Source of the DNA: an uncultured Candidatus Micrarchaeota archaeon
Lineage (GTDB): Archaea; Micrarchaeota; Micrarchaeia; CAILAH01
NCBI GenBank assembly: GCA_903832205.1
Contig: CAILAH010000026.1
Location: 1 to 56,703 of the forward strand
Direction of reading: 5' to 3'
Length of the DNA stretch: 56,703 nt
Below, in pieces: positions 26,179 to 33,339 of this stretch; within the stretch, counting starts at the first letter, position 1, and every line of letters begins with the position of its first letter. A program made the position numbers and the translations under genes. The notes under the pieces were generated by a model. It did not search any database, had not been told where the DNA came from, and saw nothing but the letters and a program-made list of their open reading frames with translations.

Positions 26179-26899
26179 CGTCTTCATCCTCGGTCATCTC
26201 ATACTCGTACAGTGCGCGGGCTTCCGCGGCTCCCTTGACATCCGCCTTCTCAAGCTTGTTCAGGACTTCTACCATTTCATCCAGGCCCCTTGTCTTTGCA
26301 ATGTCCTTGGTGTCCACAACCGCCCCTTCCTTCATTGATTTTACCACGCGCATCGCCGCTTCCATTTTTCTCTTCTTGAATATTGGAAAGCCCAACTTCT
26401 TCAGTAATGCTACTGCACAAATCGCGCAAAATCCCGAGGCAATATATAGGCCGCAATCCACCAGGAACAGTATGGGCACGCGCAATACTGCTTCAGAGGC
26501 GTTGAGGAAACCCCCGGCAGTGCCGGTTACAACTGCTGCTCCGGAAAGCCAGGATATCCCGTTTACAGCAAACTGCATTTTCTCATGCTTCTCGGCCAGA
26601 TCTCCCTCAACCGATTTGAATACAAACACCAATTTCATCCTAGTTAACTCGTTTAATTGCGCCTCCGTCTCAGCCTTCTCTTCGGCTTTTTGCGTTGCAA
26701 TTTTCTCTTCCTTCTCCTTTGCAAAAAGCTCCTTTGCCCTCTCGACCGTAATCTCTTCGCCCCCCTTTCCCTTCACAAGGCCCGGTTTTGCCCCAAGTAT
26801 CCCTTCATTATCATACTTATCAAGAATAGGGTCAACCTTGCGGATAGGCTTCTTGTTGTCTTTTTTCTCCGCTGGCTTTCCATCCTTGAATATTGGCAT
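26165..26899 (-). CDS. Tagged array protein, membrane-hairpin class (MxI[LF]K..KPAEK subfamily)
   Basis: MPIFKDGKPAEKKDNKKPIRKVDPILDKYDNEGILGAKPGLVKGKGGEEITV. Hydrophobic pair: ISWLSGAAVVTGTAGGFL...VPILFLVDCGLYIASGFCAICAVALL. Confidence 0.85.
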   Translation of the reverse strand: MPIFKDGKPAEKKDNKKPIRKVDPILDKYDNEGILGAKPGLVKGKGGEEITVERAKELFAKEKEEKIATQKAEEKAETEAQLNELTRMKLVFVFKSVEGDLAEKHEKMQFAVNGISWLSGAAVVTGTAGGFLNASEAVLRVPILFLVDCGLYIASGFCAICAVALLKKLGFPIFKKRKMEAAMRVVKSMKEGAVVDTKDIAKTRGLDEMVEVLNKLEKADVKGAAEARALYEYEMTEDEDDAQP

Positions 26900-26904
26900 G
26901 AAAA

Positions 26905-27651
26905 TCATTCCTCTTTTATCGCCTCGATCTTCTTCCCCAGAATATTTTCTACGCGCTCACGCAATTTTTTGGCCTCATCAGTGCCGGTTTCCTCCGCTAA
27001 CCGCGCAATGGATTGGTTCAGCTTGTAATTAAAGGACAGGGCTTTGATAAGGTCTTTTTCAGATATTTTTTCACCTTTTTCATAAGCATCAAGAATCTTC
27101 AGCCCAGCTTTCCAGCCGGAGAAATGCTCTATACACCACCGTGTCCCGGACTCATCATCATCGTTCATATCGCCCATGTCAAAAATGACCCGAAATGCTG
27201 CGCTGCCAGCCACAAGGGTCATTATAACACCTATTATGCCCAGTGGGATAAGTATCACAACATCAGAAAAATAATACGCCGCTCCGGCTAAAGACGGCCC
27301 CATGACTCCTAAAATGAAATTAAAACGCAGGAAAGACTTAGCATGGCCCTTGTACCCTTCTTGATCCTCTTTTATGGAATTCCTCGCCTCGTTTATTATC
27401 TCAAGCTCCCGTGCACGCCGTTCCTTGAGCGCCATTTCTTTTTTCTCAAGCTCCAATTCTGCGCTTTCCTTTTTTGCTGCAATCTCCGCCTGCTCGATTG
27501 TCAGCTGCTCGCCTTTCTTTCCTTTCACAAGGCCGGGCCGTGTACCTAGAATTCCTTCCTCCCTATACTTATCAATAATAGGGTCAACCCTGCGGATAGG
27601 CTTCTTATCTGCATTCTTCTCCGCTGGCTTTCCATTCTTCAATATTTCCAT
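26905..27651 (-). CDS. Tagged array protein, membrane-hairpin class (MxI[LF]K..KPAEK subfamily)
   Basis: MEILKNGKPAEKNADKKPIRRVDPIIDKYREEGILGTRPGLVKGKKGEQLTI. Hydrophobic pair: FNFILGVMGPSLAGAAYYF..VVILIPLGIIGVIMTLVAGSAAF. C-terminal LDAYEKGEKISEKDLIKAL. Confidence 0.85.
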   Translation of the reverse strand: MEILKNGKPAEKNADKKPIRRVDPIIDKYREEGILGTRPGLVKGKKGEQLTIEQAEIAAKKESAELELEKKEMALKERRARELEIINEARNSIKEDQEGYKGHAKSFLRFNFILGVMGPSLAGAAYYFSDVVILIPLGIIGVIMTLVAGSAAFRVIFDMGDMNDDDESGTRWCIEHFSGWKAGLKILDAYEKGEKISEKDLIKALSFNYKLNQSIARLAEETGTDEAKKLRERVENILGKKIEAIKEE

Positions 27652-27662
27652 AATCATTTCCC

Positions 27663-28445
27663 CTATTCCATGAGAATTTTTTTGATGCGATTGTGCAGCG
27701 CCAGTGCTTTCTCATTGCCCGTGGTTTCCGCAAGCTCCTTCATGCAACGCACAAGTTTCGAATCTGTTTCCAGGCCAAAAAGCTCTTTCAGCAACTTGTG
27801 GTCCAGGTCAAGCGCAGTCCTAAGCTTCTCATCGCTGATTTCCTCGCCCTTTTCGTAGGCGCCAAGCACCTCCAGCGCCGCTTTGCTGCTGTATATATTG
27901 CTGATTGAGTTTCTAGCATTTTCTATTTTATAGCGGTCCTGCCGGTCATCTGCTGTGCCAAAGACCATTTCTTTCATATAACCCAGCGTTCCAACAACTG
28001 TTAAAACCCCCAAAATGCCGACAAATCCCCACGACCAATGGGACATGAAATGGGCCGTTGTGAACAGTGCTGCACTAACCGAATTTATGATGCTAATATC
28101 CCTCAGGAACACGCGGGCTTCCTTTCTCCCTTCATTATAATCGCTGGTTATGGAATTCCTTGCATTGCTTAGTATATCCGCCGCTCTTTTGCTCAGCTCC
28201 ATCTCCTTGGCACGCTGCACCTGAAGTGCTTCCTCTCTCGCAATCCTCTCCAAATCCTCCTTCTCTTTCCTTTCCGCATCCTTTGCCTCTTCGACGGTCA
28301 GCTCCTTTCCATTCCTCTTTATCTTGCCTGGCCTCACTCCAAAAAGGCCTTCCTCCCTATACTTATCAATAATAGGGTCAACCCTGCGGATAGGCTTTTT
28401 CTCTGCAATCTTTTCCGCTGGTTTTTCACTCTTTAATATTGGCAT
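27663..28445 (-). CDS. Tagged array protein, membrane-hairpin class (MxI[LF]K..KPAEK subfamily)
   Basis: MPILKSEKPAEKIAEKKPIRRVDPIIDKYREEGLFGVRPGKIKRNGKELTV. The 5' end overlaps the upstream gene by ~20 nt. C-terminal LGAYEKGEEISDEKLRTAL. Confidence 0.85.
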   Translation of the reverse strand: MPILKSEKPAEKIAEKKPIRRVDPIIDKYREEGLFGVRPGKIKRNGKELTVEEAKDAERKEKEDLERIAREEALQVQRAKEMELSKRAADILSNARNSITSDYNEGRKEARVFLRDISIINSVSAALFTTAHFMSHWSWGFVGILGVLTVVGTLGYMKEMVFGTADDRQDRYKIENARNSISNIYSSKAALEVLGAYEKGEEISDEKLRTALDLDHKLLKELFGLETDSKLVRCMKELAETTGNEKALALHNRIKKILME

Positions 28446-29235
28446 TGGAATCATCCTTGCTATTGTAGATTTCAATCTTGCACTTTTTCTTCTCGAGTAT
28501 AATCGCTTGCGCGCGCTCAAGCAGGGCTTTCGCTTCTGTAGAGTCCGCCTCCTCCGCTAGCGCTTTCAGGCAACTGCGCAAATCCCCATCGAGATTAACC
28601 GCCTTCATAAGGTCCCTATCGGTTATGGGTTCGCCCTTTTCGAACGCATCAAGCACCCTCTGTTCCACTTTCCAGGCGGAATATTTGCCAAAAGCATTCC
28701 TTGCTTGGGAGAAATCATTCTTATGATAGTAATCGAAATTATCGTCGAAGAAAGCAGCGTAAAGCATTTTATAGGTTGTACTAATACATGCAAACCCAAC
28801 GATACATAGAAGCGGTGTCCATACTAGGTGGGAAGCATATAATCCCCCTGCAATAACTCCTGGACCTGACAAGCCGACGAATGTTGCCAGAAGCGAAAAA
28901 TTCCGTATCTCCTCTTTCCCTTCCTTTATGTTGTCTTCAATGGAGCTCTTTGCCGTGCTTATTATCTCAAGCTTCCTTTTGCCCTGCTCCATCTCCTTGG
29001 CACGCTGCTCAAGCAACGCCTCTTCCCTCGCCGCTTTCTCCAAATCCTCCTTTTCCTTCTTTTCTGCGGCCGTTAATTCCTGAACGGTCAGCTCTTTCCC
29101 GTTCTTTGTTACCATTCCTGGCTTTGTGCCAAGGATTCCCTGTTCATCGTATTTGCCCAGAATAGGGTCAATCCTGCGGATAGCCTTCTTATCTGCAATC
29201 TTTTCCGCTGGTTTTTCACTCTTCAATATTGCCAT
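28426..29235 (-). CDS. Tagged array protein, membrane-hairpin class (MxI[LF]K..KPAEK subfamily)
   Basis: MAILKSEKPAEKIADKKAIRRIDPILGKYDEQGILGTKPGMVTKNGKELTV. Hydrophobic pair: LLATFVGLSGPGVIAGGLY...TPLLCIVGFACISTTY. C-terminal LDAFEKGEPITDRDLMKAV. Confidence 0.85.
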   Translation of the reverse strand: MAILKSEKPAEKIADKKAIRRIDPILGKYDEQGILGTKPGMVTKNGKELTVQELTAAEKKEKEDLEKAAREEALLEQRAKEMEQGKRKLEIISTAKSSIEDNIKEGKEEIRNFSLLATFVGLSGPGVIAGGLYASHLVWTPLLCIVGFACISTTYKMLYAAFFDDNFDYYHKNDFSQARNAFGKYSAWKVEQRVLDAFEKGEPITDRDLMKAVNLDGDLRSCLKALAEEADSTEAKALLERAQAIILEKKKCKIEIYNSKDDSNANIKE

Positions 29236-29240
29236 AATCA

Positions 29241-29975
29241 TCAGTTCACATTCCTTAGAAGCGCCTCTGTGCGCGCGAACAGGATCTTGGCGCGTTCGGA
29301 ATTTGCCTGTGCAAGGTCCTTGATACAGGTGTAGAGGTAGCCCGTGTGGTAAATCCCCTCACGCAGCTCCCCATCACTGATCTCCTTCCCCTTCTCAAGC
29401 GCATCAAGGGCTTTCAGCGCCGTCTCCAACGACCTCATCTCCCTTCGGGTGTGGAAAATGTCGGGAAGAAAAGTTCCTGACCTCATATAGGAGCCAACGA
29501 CAACAGAAAAATTCCACATGCCCGTTATGAATGCTTGAAGGGCCGATATGGCTTCTAGTATTGGGCTTTCTGTCGTAAATGCCAAAACGGTTGATTCAAC
29601 AAATAAGAATGCAAAAGTGGAGCAGAGGATTATGTTTCTCTTCCATTCACTGGTTTTTCCCTTAAGCGTGACTTTCATATTATTCCTTGCATCTGCGATT
29701 ATATCTTGCTCCCTGGCGTTTTGCTCCCGGGCTGCCTTCGCTTTTTCCACATTCTCCATGTGCGCTTCCAGTTTCCTATCAAGCGCGGCATCCTTTTTTA
29801 CAAATGCATCTGCCTGCTCGGCTGTCATCTCCTTTCCGTTTACCTTAACCATTCCCGGCTTCACGCCGAGAATACCTTCCTCGCCATACTTGCTCAGGAG
29901 CGGGTCCAGGGGCTTTCGGCCTTTCCCGTTATTGGAATTCAGCGACAATGTGGTTGATTTTTGTGTGATTGCCAT
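29241..29975 (-). CDS. Tagged array protein, membrane-hairpin class
   Basis: MAITQKSTTLSLNSNNGKGRKPLDPLLSKYGEEGILGVKPGMVKVNGKEMTA. The middle is hydrophobic. C-terminal LDALEKGKEISDGEL. Confidence 0.85.
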   Translation of the reverse strand: MAITQKSTTLSLNSNNGKGRKPLDPLLSKYGEEGILGVKPGMVKVNGKEMTAEQADAFVKKDAALDRKLEAHMENVEKAKAAREQNAREQDIIADARNNMKVTLKGKTSEWKRNIILCSTFAFLFVESTVLAFTTESPILEAISALQAFITGMWNFSVVVGSYMRSGTFLPDIFHTRREMRSLETALKALDALEKGKEISDGELREGIYHTGYLYTCIKDLAQANSERAKILFARTEALLRNVN

Positions 29976-29986
29976 CCACTTACACC

Positions 29987-30772
29987 TTACGTATCAATTA
30001 CGGGTTTGGATTTCATCCATCTCTTCCTGCCATCCGCGTCGTCAATGTCAAGGACCAGGCCACCCTGCTTGAACATCTCGCCCCTGATGTAATACGCCGC
30101 CCTGCTGCCCTTCGCCATAAACTCATGAAGCGTTTCTATAAATTTCCAATCATTCTTCAGAACGCTAATTTCCTTCTGGAGATTCATGCAGTTGTCTGCT
30201 TCTATCGCCCCAATCAGTTTTTTCATCGCCTTGATTTCTTGGTTTAGCCGCCTTTGCATAAGCTCTTCAACTGCAATTATGGCAAATATCCCGCTACCAA
30301 AGAATGCGGGTATGCTAAGGGTTGCAAACAACGCCGGAAAATCAAGCAAAATGGATGCTGTAACTATGCTTCCCGCCGTCAAGCCGCCGGCTATTAGTGA
30401 CTTAATTATTGTTGAATTTGATAAGGCATCTGGAACTTTCTTTTCTGGAAGAACCCCGCTCAGGAATGACCGCGCCTTGCTTGATATTTCATTTGGATCG
30501 CCAACATTATGCCCCATTGTCTTGAGCCCTTCCTCTGCCTCGGCTAGAATCTCCATATTGAATTTTTCCGGCGGTCTTTCTTTTGCCTTCTTCTCTGCAA
30601 TCTTATTTGCCTCTTTGAGCGTGAGTTCCTTTCCCCTCTCTCCCTTAACCATTCCTGGCTTGGCGCCGAGTATTCCCTCAGCAGTATACTTATCGAGTAT
30701 CGGGTCGGGAAGCTTCCTGCCTTTCCCGTTACCAGAATTCAGCGACAATGCGATTGGTTTTTGTGACAACAC
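29987..30772 (-). CDS. Tagged array protein, membrane-hairpin class
   Basis: GTG/TTG start. (M)LSQKPIALSLNSGNGKGRKLPDPILDKYTAEGILGAKPGMVKGERGKELTL. ~50-aa bilobed hydrophobic block: IIKSLIAGGLTAGSIVTASILLDFPALFATLSIPAFFGSGIFAIIAV. Confidence 0.8.
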   Translation of the reverse strand: MLSQKPIALSLNSGNGKGRKLPDPILDKYTAEGILGAKPGMVKGERGKELTLKEANKIAEKKAKERPPEKFNMEILAEAEEGLKTMGHNVGDPNEISSKARSFLSGVLPEKKVPDALSNSTIIKSLIAGGLTAGSIVTASILLDFPALFATLSIPAFFGSGIFAIIAVEELMQRRLNQEIKAMKKLIGAIEADNCMNLQKEISVLKNDWKFIETLHEFMAKGSRAAYYIRGEMFKQGGLVLDIDDADGRKRWMKSKPVIDT

Positions 30773-30781
30773 ATTATCAAC

Positions 30782-31615
30782 TCAGGGGATTATTGGGCCA
30801 TGCCCTTTTGGTAGCTGCGCTTGGCGTTGGAGATCTTCCTTGCGCTCGTTCACGAACGCCCTGTTATCGAGCTTCTCAAGCTCGTCGAGTATCATCTTGG
30901 CGGTGGCAATGCCTCCCATAGTGCTTTCAGGCACGAATGAACGGTAGCCGTTCTTCAGTTTCTTGAGAATCTGCCTCAAATCATCATCGTGCATTACCTG
31001 TGGGAGCTTGTCCTTAATGCCTTCAATTCCTTTGTTCTGCTTCACTGCCTCAATAATTTCGCGCTTGATTTTAGACTCATTTTTCATTTTCGCCTCATAG
31101 CGCATGAACATAAGCGCTGTAACCAGTAGTGTCGCAAGGGCGGCATAAATCTTTGGGAATGAATAAAAATGATGCGTGATTGCAAGCGGAACAAAACAAA
31201 AGATGCCTGAAATACCAACGGATTTCGTGGTGTTGAATACCCTGCGGGCAGTTTTCTTATCGGCTTCAGCCGAGTACAACTCCGTCTTTGCTTTCCTTAT
31301 CATCGCATTGATGTGGATTTCGGACGGGACTTCAAGCCCCGAAAGCACCTGGGTTTCATTATACTTTTCAATCTCTTCCGCCACCGGCTTGTATACAATT
31401 GTGGCCTGCACTTCAGCCTCTTCCTTTTTCGCCTGCTCTTTTGCCTGCTTAACTGTGAGCATTTCGCCCTTCTTTCCCTTCACCATTCCCGGCTTTGCAC
31501 CGAGGATTCCCTCATCATCGTACATGCCGAGGATTGGGTCGGGCAGCTTTTGCGCAGCCTTAGGTTTCTTATTAGGAATACGGAAGATCTTGTGTAGCAT
31601 ATCCTTTGCTGCCAT
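30782..31615 (-). CDS. Tagged array protein, membrane-hairpin class (first gene of the array)
   Basis: Tag: QKLPDPILGMYDDEGILGAKPGMVKGKKGEMLTV. Hydrophobic pair: VGISGIFCFVPLAIT...IYAALATLLVTALMFM. Confidence 0.85.
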   Translation of the reverse strand: MAAKDMLHKIFRIPNKKPKAAQKLPDPILGMYDDEGILGAKPGMVKGKKGEMLTVKQAKEQAKKEEAEVQATIVYKPVAEEIEKYNETQVLSGLEVPSEIHINAMIRKAKTELYSAEADKKTARRVFNTTKSVGISGIFCFVPLAITHHFYSFPKIYAALATLLVTALMFMRYEAKMKNESKIKREIIEAVKQNKGIEGIKDKLPQVMHDDDLRQILKKLKNGYRSFVPESTMGGIATAKMILDELEKLDNRAFVNERKEDLQRQAQLPKGHGPIIP

Positions 31616-31634
31616 GAAGGATTAGGCGCTTAAG

Positions 31635-31650
31635 TAGTATATATACATTA
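31635..31650 (-). promoter_or_regulatory. TATA element at the head of the array
   Basis: On the minus strand, TAATGTATATATACT is centred about 28 nt upstream of ATG 31615 (leaderless geometry). Confidence 0.5.
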
Positions 31651-31690
31651 CTTTACTCACTTCTGAGGCTATTCGGAGAAATGCCCTTCC

Positions 31691-32020
31691 TTACTTTCTG
31701 GGCTTGGTGCCCTGAATAACCCACTTTTCGAATTCAGGAATTGCGGTTGAGTTCCAGGAAAGGATGTCCGGAAGCTCATAGGGGTGGGACTTCTTGATTA
31801 GCGCGATTGCCGCCTTCTTCTTCTTTGGCGTGGTCTTGGCAATCAGTATGAACTCAAACGTCTCCTGGAGCGCGCCCTTCCACTCGTAGAAGCTGCGGGA
31901 CTTAAGGATGTTTGCGCATGCGGCGGCGCGCGCCGTAAGGAGGCGCCTTGCGGCCACCTTTGCGGACTTGAAATTGGGAAACGGCGAATACACGATTGCA
32001 ATCATGGCATTCTGATGCAT
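31691..32020 (-). CDS. cutA: CutA1 divalent-cation tolerance protein
   Basis: The 109-aa product has ..AACANILKSRSFYEWKGALQETFEFILIAKTT...IKKSHPYELPDILSW.., the CutA1 signature and length. Confidence 0.85.
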   Translation of the reverse strand: MHQNAMIAIVYSPFPNFKSAKVAARRLLTARAAACANILKSRSFYEWKGALQETFEFILIAKTTPKKKKAAIALIKKSHPYELPDILSWNSTAIPEFEKWVIQGTKPRK

Positions 32021-32117
32021 CTAAAAGAATAAAAGCCTGAGCAGTCATAAAAAATTCACGCAGTATTTTTCGCGTCTGCAAAAATACGGGGGTTGAAGGG
32101 GCACATGTTGCCCGAAG

Positions 32118-32204
32118 GGCTCCTGGGGTTGCAGGGGCACTCATTTGCGTAAGCAAATGGTGTCGCTTTTTGCCTTCGGGCAAAAATGCGCGGAAGATCC
32201 CCTG
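32118..32204 (+). repeat. Conserved pre-tRNA upstream module (copy 1): G-rich block plus two A/T-armed hairpins
   Basis: CTCCTGGGGTTGCAGGGGCACTCATTTGCGTAAGCAAATGGTGTCGCTTTTTGCCTTCGGGCAAAAATGCG..CCCCTGC aligns base-for-base with 51891-51978, upstream of tRNA-Ser. The hairpin TTTTTGCC-TTCG-GGCAAAAA is identical in both. Confidence 0.7.
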
Positions 32205-32412
32205 CGCCGAGGTGGCAGATAGGCTATGCGACTGGCTGCAGAACACCTTCTTTTGGTGCGCACGAGCTGATCACGGTTCCGTGCTCTCCTAAAGAAGCTG
32301 TACCAAGAAACTCCAATTTTTGTGGCTTGCCACAAAAATACCGGGGGTGATAGGGGGCGGATGCGCCCCTATGCAGTGACCGGTAGAGAGGGGTTCAATT
32401 CCCTTCCTCGGC
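32205..32412 (+). tRNA. tRNA-Cys(GCA) interrupted by a 137-nt intron at the canonical 37/38 position (intron about 32241-32377)
   Basis: Acceptor GCCGAGG/CCTCGGC is a perfect 7 bp, with discriminator U73 (the Cys identity base). D arm GCA-GATAGGCTA-TGC. Anticodon stem ACTGG/CCGGT with loop CTGCAGA. T arm AGGGG-TTCAATT-CCCTT. CTGCA (32235-39) pairs with TGCAG (32371-75), leaving a 3-nt bulge TGA, which is BHB-like. Confidence 0.7.
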
Positions 32413-32505
32413 TTGTACTTTTTCTTTCGGTTTGTGGCTTGCAGCCACAATATCCAAAGAAAACCTACACTAAAAGAAAACGCGGAAGAAAAAAGAGACG
32501 AATTC

Positions 32506-33339
32506 TTATTCGGTAACGATGATTACTTTGTTGACTTTTCCCTTCATACCAGAAGGCATGCATGCGATGTTTGAGCTTTGGCTCGGGCGCAGGCAGAGAT
32601 GGTTATCAACAATGGTAATGCGCGGGTCTTTCAGCTCGCCATTCCTGGAGATGGCCTCGGACAGGTCATCACACCATATCTCTATTTTTCCGCCTGAAGT
32701 TTCACCGATGAAATAGACGTTCCTGAACCCTTTGGCGGTAAAAAGGACACCCTGGGATGTCGGCTCAAGGGAGGGGTTTGTAACCTTCCCGTTTGGGCCT
32801 TCGTTATCCAGGACTTTTTCTATTGGGATCCTCTTTATGTACTTTGATTTGAGGTCCAAAACAAGCAGGAAATCCGCATCCTCGGACATTATGAAAGCCT
32901 TCCCGTTGCGCGCGGCAATTGAAGGGTTCTTCAGCTTGACACCAAGGTCAAAGCCCTCAATGGTCTCATCAGCCTTATTGAAAAGGACGAGCCTGCTGCC
33001 GCCATCATAGGTAATAAAGACTTCATTGCGGTCAACTGCAATCACCGCATTCTTGCCTTCCACCCTGCCGACCTTGTAGAGCTTTGGTGTCTTGTCCACG
33101 GTCATTACGAGCATGGCACTTTCCCCGTTAATGTCAACGTGGTAAAACTCCTTCCCGTTAATGAAAGAGGATTTGGGATGGAACAGCTTCCACATTTTGC
33201 CGGGCTCCTGCTTAGAGAGGGCCTCTGAGGAAACGGGCTTTGCCGTATCGCACGCGCCGAGTGTTGCTGCAAGGAATACTGCGGACACTGCCGCTGCCGT
33301 TTTCTTTAATCCGTGCTTTTCCGCATGCTTTTTCTGCAT
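32506..33339 (-). CDS. Secreted or lipoprotein-like hypothetical protein (beta-rich)
   Basis: N terminus KKTAAAVSAVFLAATLGAC is a signal peptide with a lipobox-like LGAC. No recognisable family. Confidence 0.75.
   Translation of the reverse strand: MQKKHAEKHGLKKTAAAVSAVFLAATLGACDTAKPVSSEALSKQEPGKMWKLFHPKSSFINGKEFYHVDINGESAMLVMTVDKTPKLYKVGRVEGKNAVIAVDRNEVFITYDGGSRLVLFNKADETIEGFDLGVKLKNPSIAARNGKAFIMSEDADFLLVLDLKSKYIKRIPIEKVLDNEGPNGKVTNPSLEPTSQGVLFTAKGFRNVYFIGETSGGKIEIWCDDLSEAISRNGELKDPRITIVDNHLCLRPSQSSNIACMPSGMKGKVNKVIIVTE

Noticed and set aside
11252-31615. The tag EG[IL][LF]GxKPG as an encapsulin cargo-loading peptide, a Cdc48 SHP box, a PIP box or a double-glycine leader.
   Set aside because: The resemblance to these motifs is only loose. 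The window has no encapsulin (HK97-fold) shell gene, no C39 peptidase/ABC exporter and no PCNA context. CLPs are usually C-terminal. These are kept as ideas to test, not as calls.
32205-32412. The locus was first read as a broken or split class II tRNA (Ser/Leu), because no CCAGT partner for the anticodon stem was found.
   Set aside because: Allowing a U-G pair, ACTGG pairs with CCGGT at 32379-32383. This gives a canonical class I tRNA-Cys(GCA) with U73 and a 4-nt variable loop. The pseudogene or split-gene reading is therefore unnecessary.
32056-32450. Clustered short hairpin repeats here and at 51875-51960, considered as a CRISPR array or MITEs.
   Set aside because: The repeats are individually palindromic with variable arms, irregular spacing and no constant repeat/spacer periodicity. 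No target-site duplications or terminal inverted repeats are visible. They are better explained as structured tRNA-associated modules and intron content.
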